The translations under genes were made by a program, and so were the position numbers. A stretch of DNA of 38,846 nucleotides from Saprospiraceae bacterium (GTDB taxonomy: Bacteria; Bacteroidota; Bacteroidia; Chitinophagales; Saprospiraceae): contig JAHDBK010000001.1 of assembly GCA_020630455.1 (NCBI GenBank), positions 1-38,846 on the forward strand, written 5' to 3'. Positions within the stretch are counted from its first letter, which is position 1, and each line of letters opens with the position of its first letter. The notes beneath the pieces are model-generated. The model was not told the DNA's origin, made no database searches, and saw only the letters and a program-made list of their open reading frames with translations. Below, one piece after another: positions 8,924-15,052 of this stretch.

Positions 8924-9957
8924 ATATCTTTTATTCTTAAACTTACTTTAAATGTATTATTGTTTTCATCAATATTCAATTCAAATTGATTTGGGTATAA
9001 TAATTCTAATCTTTTTTTGACATTGCTGAGTCCTATGCCCCCTACCCTATCTTTATTTTGTACTTTAATGAGGTTCGAAGATTTAAATATCAAATCATTT
9101 CTATCCTTATTCAAATTAAAATATAAAGAATTTTCTTTATCATTTAAAACTCCATGCTTGAATGCATTTTCTACAAAAGGAATGATTAAAAAAGGAGGTA
9201 ATTTATGTTGAGCTAATGATTCATTGATATTCAAATCTAAAGCAATAGGAAAATCATGCCTCATTTGTTCTAATTCTATGAAATCATTGATATAAGAAAT
9301 TTCCTTTTTCAATGGCACTATTTCTTTATTGTCATATAATGAATACCTCAAAAGATTGGATAATTTTTCTATAGACTTTAGGGATTTATCTGATTTGGAG
9401 TAAACTAATGAATATAAATTATTCAAACTATTGAATAAAAAATGGGGATTGATTTGAGAGCGTAAAAAAGCCAATTCCGCTTTTTTATTCTCTAATTCTA
9501 GTCTATTTTTTTGTTCTTCATTATATTTTGAATATTGAAAAAAGAAAAAGATTGTACCTAATCCAAAATATAATATTAAATAATATAAATTATCTAAATA
9601 ATAAAATGACCATGAATAATTGCCTTTGTAATTTGTGGCTCCTGTTATCCAAAAACCTAGTAATTCTTGTAAGAAATACCTTATTCCAACAGCAATAAAG
9701 CTGGCTATTATAAAGGCAGCAATAGCCAACATATATTTTTTAGTAGGATAAGTATAATTAAAAATAAAATATACCATTATAGAATATGCACCATATGCTA
9801 TTATAAAAGTAAAAAATAAAAAAGCAGTATGAGGCTCTATAAAATTTGATAGAATAGCTTCCTTAAAATCTAGTGTTTCTAGAAATTCTTTGATAGGTCC
9901 TGTTAAAAATTCAAATAAAAAAACCCATAATACTAATTGTCCAATTCTGTGTTTCAT
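8917..9957 (-). CDS. LytS/YehU-type sensor histidine kinase (membrane-embedded sensor)
   Basis: N-terminal ~150 aa form multiple TM helices. These are followed by the His_kinase motif RSQINPHFLFNSLNNL and ATPase motifs (PFVENAFKHG, GGIGLSNVKKRL). Confidence 0.9.
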   Translation of the reverse strand: MKHRIGQLVLWVFLFEFLTGPIKEFLETLDFKEAILSNFIEPHTAFLFFTFIIAYGAYSIMVYFIFNYTYPTKKYMLAIAAFIIASFIAVGIRYFLQELLGFWITGATNYKGNYSWSFYYLDNLYYLILYFGLGTIFFFFQYSKYNEEQKNRLELENKKAELAFLRSQINPHFLFNSLNNLYSLVYSKSDKSLKSIEKLSNLLRYSLYDNKEIVPLKKEISYINDFIELEQMRHDFPIALDLNINESLAQHKLPPFLIIPFVENAFKHGVLNDKENSLYFNLNKDRNDLIFKSSNLIKVQNKDRVGGIGLSNVKKRLELLYPNQFELNIDENNNTFKVSLRIKDIC

Positions 9958-9982
9958 GATGCTAATATACTATAAATAATAG

Positions 9983-9990
9983 CAAATTTT
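9983..9990 (-). promoter_or_regulatory. Near-consensus -7 box (AAAATTTG on minus strand) for the kinase/regulator operon
   Basis: The reverse complement of caaatttt is AAAATTTG, with one mismatch to TAnnTTTG. It lies 26 nt upstream of ATG 9957. Confidence 0.3.
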
Positions 9991-10015
9991 CTTTATAAAA
10001 TGCCCTTATAAACAT

Positions 10016-10050
10016 TTTTATCGGTCAACTAAAGAATTTTATCGGTCAAC
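10016..10050. promoter_or_regulatory. Pair of 14-bp direct repeats with 21-bp phasing (candidate LytTR binding site)
   Basis: TTTTATCGGTCAAC (10016-10029), taaagaa, TTTTATCGGTCAAC (10037-10050). They lie in the divergent intergenic region, ~26-60 nt upstream of the candidate -7 box of the LytTR operon. Confidence 0.5.
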
Positions 10051-10130
10051 GTCAAAATTGGATTTTCAAACACTTACCGATATATCTGATGAGTTGACAG
10101 ATTACATTTTACTCAGCCTAAAAGTGAACA

Positions 10131-10138
10131 TAAATTTG
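10131..10138 (+). promoter_or_regulatory. Candidate -7 box (TAaaTTTG) for 10184..11173
   Basis: Exact TAnnTTTG match 46 nt upstream of ATG 10184. Confidence 0.4.
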
Positions 10139-10183
10139 TAATCGTAATCAAAAATTATTTATAAAATTTTAAAAATAAAAAAA

Positions 10184-11173
10184 ATGAAAAATTTACTAAT
10201 TATTATCAACATCTTAATCATTTCAGTAATTAGCTTACAAGCACAAAATAATACTAAAGAAGTATTGATTATTGGTACGATGCACCAAGTACCTAAATTC
10301 TTAAAAAACAGTTACAAGCCTTTATTAAAAAAAGCCGAGAAATACCAAGCCAATGCCATTTATGTAGAACGTTTACCATCTACTGATACTTTTGAAATTT
10401 CCATGATTTATACAAAATTTTATCATTTGGCGGATTCCTTAAAACAAGTGTACCCTACTGATGAAAATCGTTTTAATCAATTATTAAATACGAATTTAGA
10501 AGATTTTGAAAAAGAAGATTTTAGATTTATGATGTACTGTTTTATTATTAAAAAAGATTATGCTAATTATAGATACTATTTGTATTTATTAAGGTATGGC
10601 ATAGAGGGTTCTCCTAAGTCTTTAAGAAATGAAAATGATGAAATCACTCACCGTTTAGCAATATTATCTAATATGAAAATGATATACTCTATGGACGACC
10701 AATCTAAAAGACCTGAATATTATAAAGCATGGCAAGCATGTGCTAAAGCAGGAAAAACCAATGGTGATTCTAAGAGAATAAAACGATTAGGCATCAAATT
10801 AACTTTACGTTCTATCATTCCTGGTCTTTTTGGAAAAAGTGGATTATATACCAATTCTAAAAAAACAATTGAAGCATATCATAAGATTAATTCATTTAGA
10901 TATACTCAAAAAGAATGCGAGGCTTGTGAAGAAGGAAAATATTATTGGGATTATAGAAATGAACAAATGGCTATCAATATCGGAGAGCAAATCAACAATA
11001 ATACTAATGATAAAAACCTAGTAGTTGTAGGAGCAGGACATGTGGTAGGTATTAAAGATTATCTACAAAAACACTATCCAAATATTAGTGTAAAAATATT
11101 AAGTGATAAAAAGGAATCTAATAAAGAAAAGAATACTACTGATGTCGCTATTCAATCGTCAATAAGCCATTAA
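10184..11173 (+). CDS. Secreted TraB/GumN/PrgY (Tiki-like) superfamily protein
   Basis: Signal peptide MKNLLIIINILIISVISLQAQ. It has an N-terminal GTMH motif (VLIIGTMHQVP) and a C-terminal GAGH motif (LVVVGAGHVVGIKDYL), the paired G..H signatures of the TraB/GumN family. Assignment is by motif only. Confidence 0.55.
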   Translation: MKNLLIIINILIISVISLQAQNNTKEVLIIGTMHQVPKFLKNSYKPLLKKAEKYQANAIYVERLPSTDTFEISMIYTKFYHLADSLKQVYPTDENRFNQLLNTNLEDFEKEDFRFMMYCFIIKKDYANYRYYLYLLRYGIEGSPKSLRNENDEITHRLAILSNMKMIYSMDDQSKRPEYYKAWQACAKAGKTNGDSKRIKRLGIKLTLRSIIPGLFGKSGLYTNSKKTIEAYHKINSFRYTQKECEACEEGKYYWDYRNEQMAINIGEQINNNTNDKNLVVVGAGHVVGIKDYLQKHYPNISVKILSDKKESNKEKNTTDVAIQSSISH

Positions 11174-11190
11174 TAAAGAAAATTCTTTAT
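11173..11190. repeat. 18-bp palindrome ATAAAGAA-aa-TTCTTTAT
   Basis: It overlaps the last base of the TAA stop of 10184..11173. The same palindrome (centre varies) occurs at 9123-9140, 14558-14575 and 29177-29194. Confidence 0.9.
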
Positions 11191-11306
11191 CAATTATGCA
11201 AATAATAATTATTAACATTATACATTTAAATAAAAAAATCATCAAATTGCAACCTCTAAAAATAACTAATTGTCTATTAAATAAAAAATATAAAAAATCT
11301 AATCAC

Positions 11307-12035
11307 ATGAAAAATTTAATTTTAATTCTAACAATTTTAACTTTTGGATTTAACTCAACATTTGCTCAATGGGGCGGAGGAAATAAAAAAGTAAAAGGAA
11401 ACAAAAATGTAATCACTAAAACCATAGATACTGAATCTTACGACGGACTTTTAGTCGCAGGTTCATTTGACGTTATTTTAGAAAAAGGAACTGAAGGCAA
11501 AATTACTATTGAAGGAGAAGAAAACATTGTTGCTCATATACAAATAGAAGTGGAGCAAAATACCTTAAAAATTAAAACGGAAAAAGGGTATAATTTATAT
11601 ACTAATAAAAAATTAAGTATTACCGTTCCATTTGAAATTATAAATAGTGTACAATTGACGGGCTCAGGAAGTATTACAGCTAATGATAAAATCGAGTCTG
11701 ATGATTTTAGAGTAAAACTATCTGGTTCTGGAGATATTGATTTAAAAATTGATGCAGATAATGTTATGGGCTCAGTGACGGGTTCAGGAGATATAGATTT
11801 AGAAGGAACAACAAGTGACTTAAATGTAAAAGTAACGGGTTCTGGAGATTTTGATGCAGCTAATTTAGATGCGGACAATACCGTAGTTTCAGTTACAGGA
11901 AGTGGCGATGCTAAAGTTGTAGCAAAGAAAAGCATCAATGCTAAAGTAACGGGTTCTGGAGATGTAGAGTACTCTGGTAATCCTTCAGATGTAAAAGTAA
12001 AAACAAGTGGTTCTGGAGATATTGAATCTCGTTAA
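11307..12035 (+). CDS. DUF2807-like (GIN-domain, beta-helix) secreted protein
   Basis: ATG 11307 gives the signal peptide MKNLILILTILTFGFNSTFAQ. (V/L)(T/S)GSGD recurs about nine times at roughly 15-25-aa spacing, typical of the putative auto-transporter adhesin head GIN domain. The upstream extension in the track (11196) is low-complexity AT-rich translation. Confidence 0.75.
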   Translation: MKNLILILTILTFGFNSTFAQWGGGNKKVKGNKNVITKTIDTESYDGLLVAGSFDVILEKGTEGKITIEGEENIVAHIQIEVEQNTLKIKTEKGYNLYTNKKLSITVPFEIINSVQLTGSGSITANDKIESDDFRVKLSGSGDIDLKIDADNVMGSVTGSGDIDLEGTTSDLNVKVTGSGDFDAANLDADNTVVSVTGSGDAKVVAKKSINAKVTGSGDVEYSGNPSDVKVKTSGSGDIESR

Positions 12036-12077
12036 TTCTATTCTAATTAGGAATTAGTGATAATAAGTTTTTATAGT

Positions 12078-12117
12078 AAAAAAAGCCTATTTGAAAATTT
12101 TCAAATAGGTTTTTTTT
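12078..12117. terminator. Bidirectional rho-independent terminator
   Basis: AAAAAAA-GCCTATTTGAAAATTTTCAAATAGG-TTTTTTTT: a perfect palindromic stem between convergent genes. Confidence 0.85.
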
Positions 12118-12138
12118 ATTTTGAAGTTTTTTTAAATT

Positions 12139-12738
12139 TTAATCAAAGGCTTGATAATTATTCAAATCTATCCTAAAGTCAATATTCATCATCACGATAA
12201 GGCGATTGCTAGGGTCATCTGCTATCCAAATTTCTTTGCTTCCATCTTTATTAGAAACCGTAAATACAGGTAAATTATAGGGAACACCATCTCCTTTATC
12301 ACCAAATGAATAGGTTTCTGTTCCTGTTTTGGTAAACGTTTCTTTAACGCCCATTCCTAAGTCAATTTCAACTGATTTGCCAGATTTGAGGTCTTTAAAT
12401 AATTTTTTACTGAGCCAAACACTCGTTTTATCATCTAGTTTTTTATATCCTCTTGTAAAATAATTGTGCATTGCTGTAGAAAAATCAAGGGCGGCTTCAC
12501 TGATAAAAATAGAGCCTGAGTTAATCTCCCCCATATCCCAGTCAAAAGAAATATAATCTTGATTAAATTCATTAATATTAATATTAAAAGGATACATTAC
12601 ATCACCTTGCCTAACAGTATAATACAAATCTGCTCCTTCGTGTAGGTCTATTCCTTCTTGTTTCAAAACACCCATTTTAGGGGTGCATGAAGAAAGGATT
12701 ATTAATGGTAAAATTATAATTAAAATACTGTTTTTCAT
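12139..12738 (-). CDS. Hypothetical lipoprotein
   Basis: Signal peptide plus lipobox (MKNSILIIILPLIILSS/C). 199 aa with no family recognised. Confidence 0.7.
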   Translation of the reverse strand: MKNSILIIILPLIILSSCTPKMGVLKQEGIDLHEGADLYYTVRQGDVMYPFNININEFNQDYISFDWDMGEINSGSIFISEAALDFSTAMHNYFTRGYKKLDDKTSVWLSKKLFKDLKSGKSVEIDLGMGVKETFTKTGTETYSFGDKGDGVPYNLPVFTVSNKDGSKEIWIADDPSNRLIVMMNIDFRIDLNNYQAFD

Positions 12739-12749
12739 ATTGATAATAT

Positions 12750-13184
12750 TTAAAAAATAAGGTGTAATAAAATAGGTAAGACAACACTTGCCATCGAAAC
12801 TATAAAAAATATTTTTCCATTGTTAGCGACTAATTTTTGATCTGTTTCTCCTAATGCCCTATATCGACTTATCATTTTATCAAAATTGGATTGTGTTCCT
12901 ATTGTAAATTTTATTATTAAAAATAATAAAGCTATCAATGGTATCATAATAATTTTGGCAATTGTTTTTCCTGAGCTTCGTCCAAAAGTATCTTGAAAAA
13001 AGTCTTCCATATTCGCTCCCAAATCAGGAGATATAAATGCCAATAATAACACAATGGTTAATAATATCATTGCAATACTTAATGATAAAATAATATTACC
13101 ATTGGCAGGTGAGGTACTGGGCAGGTGACCTTCATCAATACGAGCTTGATAAAAATAGCAATAAACTGATTCGAAAATATTCAT
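12750..13184 (-). CDS. Hypothetical integral membrane protein
   Basis: 144 aa with three hydrophobic segments (IILSLSIAMILLTIVLLLAFI, IIMIPLIALLFLIIKF, IFFIVSMASVVLPILLHLIF). It lies 11 nt upstream of the lipoprotein gene. Confidence 0.65.
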   Translation of the reverse strand: MNIFESVYCYFYQARIDEGHLPSTSPANGNIILSLSIAMILLTIVLLLAFISPDLGANMEDFFQDTFGRSSGKTIAKIIMIPLIALLFLIIKFTIGTQSNFDKMISRYRALGETDQKLVANNGKIFFIVSMASVVLPILLHLIF

Positions 13185-13256
13185 TTATAAAGAGATTTTG
13201 TTATTAATTCTAATTCAAAATATAAATATAATTAATTCTTTAGTAGGAACAAAAGA

Positions 13257-14531
13257 TTACTTTTCTTCTTTCAACTTTTCTTGGATTTCATCAATTTTCT
13301 TTATTCCTTCCTTTAATAATCTGTCGTATTCTTTAGCGGCTTCTATATCTTCTTTCTCTTTTTCGTCCCAAAGCAAATAATATTTGAATGAGCCGTTTTC
13401 ATTGGTAAACTCAAATACAATATTATAATCTACCATAAAAGCCTCCTCTATTTCTTTTCTCTCTTTATAATATGTGATAGTTGAAACCGAATGACCGATA
13501 CCTTCTTTAAAAGTATAGCTGTAATATTCTACTTTTTTCTCATTATCTTCTTCTATTTTAAACAGGTGCATCTTAAAAGATTTTTGCTTTAAAATTTCCG
13601 TTTTTTTATGATTAGTTTGAAAATATTTAACATAGGTTTGTTTATTAGCAATGTCTTTAATTTCAAAATATTCACGAGGTCTTTCCTTCATATACTCCCT
13701 TTTCCATTTTCCCTCTTTCCATTCCTCCATCCAATGGCTTTTGTAAATAATATCTTTTTCCATACTCGTTTTTAAATTGACATCTTGTTTTTTAGATAAT
13801 TGTCGGGTAATGGTAAATTTGCCATCTACGAATTCACCTTCCGAAACGGTATTCATATCAGCACCTTTAGTTTTTTTTGCCAACCACGTTCCAACTTCCT
13901 TATCATTTACATACTCTCCTTTAAAATCATAACCAAAATCAGTTTTCACGATAAACTCTCCATTTCTTTTACCTTCTTTAAATGTTCCCGTATGAACTTG
14001 TTTATTCGCAAAAATTAAAGAACCGAAACCGTCTTTTTCTCCATCTAAATTATGAGAACCGAAATATGCACCTCCCTTTCCATACAATTCCATATAATTG
14101 ATATGCGTTTTTTCATCATTTACCCAGCCAGAAGAAAAATCTTCACCAGGACGGTATATTTCATAAGTCAATCGTGTAAACTTATCCATCAAAGTATTCA
14201 ATCCGTTTTGATCATCGGTAAAATTAAAACCTGACCTCATAAAAAGGTTTATATTTCCTTGGTGCATATATTCTTTTCCAGCTAAAACTTCAGTCAAATA
14301 TGCTTTTCCTTCTTTCGCTTCAAATGCCGCTTTATAATGTTCATTTCCGATGATTACTCCATTATCGATAGGTTCCATATAAAAGAAATCGTTGAAGTAA
14401 GAAAAAGTAATTTTCATTTTTTTCTCACCTTTTACCGCTTCCATTTTATAAGTTCCCCAAACCGTTTCTTGAGCATTTAAAGAAGCTAAGAAACAGATAA
14501 ATACTAATATTATTAATTTAATTTTTTTCAT
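13257..14531 (-). CDS. Secreted MORN-repeat-like protein with Lys/Glu-rich C-terminal half (hypothetical)
   Basis: Start is set at the internal ATG (14531), giving the signal peptide MKKIKLIILVFICFLASLNAQ. The segment GEKDGFGSLIFANKQVHTGTFKEGKRNGEFIV...FKGEYVNDKEVGTW has a MORN-like Y/F.G....G.. periodicity. The alternative start is ATG 14552. Confidence 0.7.
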   Translation of the reverse strand: MKKIKLIILVFICFLASLNAQETVWGTYKMEAVKGEKKMKITFSYFNDFFYMEPIDNGVIIGNEHYKAAFEAKEGKAYLTEVLAGKEYMHQGNINLFMRSGFNFTDDQNGLNTLMDKFTRLTYEIYRPGEDFSSGWVNDEKTHINYMELYGKGGAYFGSHNLDGEKDGFGSLIFANKQVHTGTFKEGKRNGEFIVKTDFGYDFKGEYVNDKEVGTWLAKKTKGADMNTVSEGEFVDGKFTITRQLSKKQDVNLKTSMEKDIIYKSHWMEEWKEGKWKREYMKERPREYFEIKDIANKQTYVKYFQTNHKKTEILKQKSFKMHLFKIEEDNEKKVEYYSYTFKEGIGHSVSTITYYKERKEIEEAFMVDYNIVFEFTNENGSFKYYLLWDEKEKEDIEAAKEYDRLLKEGIKKIDEIQEKLKEEK

Positions 14532-14557
14532 TATAATTATTTTTTGTATCATTATTG

Positions 14558-14575
14558 ATAAAGAAATTTCTTTAT
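14558..14575. repeat. 18-bp palindrome ATAAAGAA-at-TTCTTTAT
   Basis: It lies 27 nt upstream of the ATG at 14531 (minus strand). The 18-mer is identical to 29177-29194. Confidence 0.9.
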
Positions 14576-14619
14576 TATTTAAGAAAATAACACCCTGTCA
14601 TTCTTTATTTTTCCACTTC

Positions 14620-14856
14620 CTAAGATTTTTTCTTTTTATTATTTGAAAATTCTCCTTTTATGATTTCAGCTTTCATAATTTCTGCTGAATTGGAATTATT
14701 ATTTCTCATTAACATTATCAATAGTGGATATTCAGTGTTAAATACGGATTTTCTCTTTTCAAGACTTACATCTCTCATGTCTACAATTCCCAATTGATTG
14801 AAAAATAAATCTTCCGAAACAATATCATAAGAGGTCACTTCAATACACTGTAACAT
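14620..14856 (-). CDS. Small hypothetical protein (78 aa), uncertain
   Basis: An open frame of 78 codons in very AT-rich DNA, on the same strand as its neighbours, ending in a Lys-rich tail. Its ATG (14854-14856) lies inside the basal stem of the 14844-15003 hairpin. No homology recognised. Confidence 0.4.
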   Translation of the reverse strand: MLQCIEVTSYDIVSEDLFFNQLGIVDMRDVSLEKRKSVFNTEYPLLIMLMRNNNSNSAEIMKAEIIKGEFSNNKKKKS

Positions 14857-15003
14857 AAATTTATTGAGTTTTTGAAATAAGAATTTTGTTTTGAATCAAT
14901 GAACGCCCGCAGCCTAATAGCCTTAGCTATTAAGGCGAGGACGTGAAGCAGAGTCAGAACAAAAGGCTCTTTCAAAATGCAATTTTATTTATGTTACAGT
15001 GTA
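14844..15003. other. 160-nt rod-like imperfect hairpin with GC-rich apical core (candidate structured RNA or MITE-like element)
   Basis: A perfect 17-bp basal stem TACACTGTAACATAAAT (14844-14860) / ATTTATGTTACAGTGTA (14987-15003). Further helices pair 14863-14877 with 14970-14983 and 14884-14894 with 14954-14964. The apical hairpin is GCCTAATAGC-ctta-GCTATTAAGGC (14912-14936). The core 14901-14960 is far more GC-rich than its surroundings. Confidence 0.6.
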
Positions 15004-15052
15004 CTTAATATGTTGATTTTCATAAAGATTAAAATTTTAAACATGCTCTTAA
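15001..15052 (-). repeat. Half copy (left arm only) of the ~160-nt intergenic palindromic repeat family
   Basis: The reverse complement TTAAGAGCATGTTTAAAATTTTAATCTTTATGAAAATCAACATATTAAGTAC matches 24781-24831 at roughly 46 of 51 positions. It contains the stop codon (15049-15051) of the OmpA-family gene. Confidence 0.85.

Noticed and set aside
14901-14960. GC-rich core of the 160-nt hairpin considered as SRP (4.5S) RNA, tRNA or an rRNA fragment.
   Set aside because: It contains GAAGCAG, which resembles the SRP helix-8 3' strand. However, there is no GNRA tetraloop at the required distance and no matching 5' strand (AGGUC-type). No tRNA D-loop or T-loop (GGTTCGAATCC-like) motifs or cloverleaf could be drawn. 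It remains unassigned rather than called as a known RNA.
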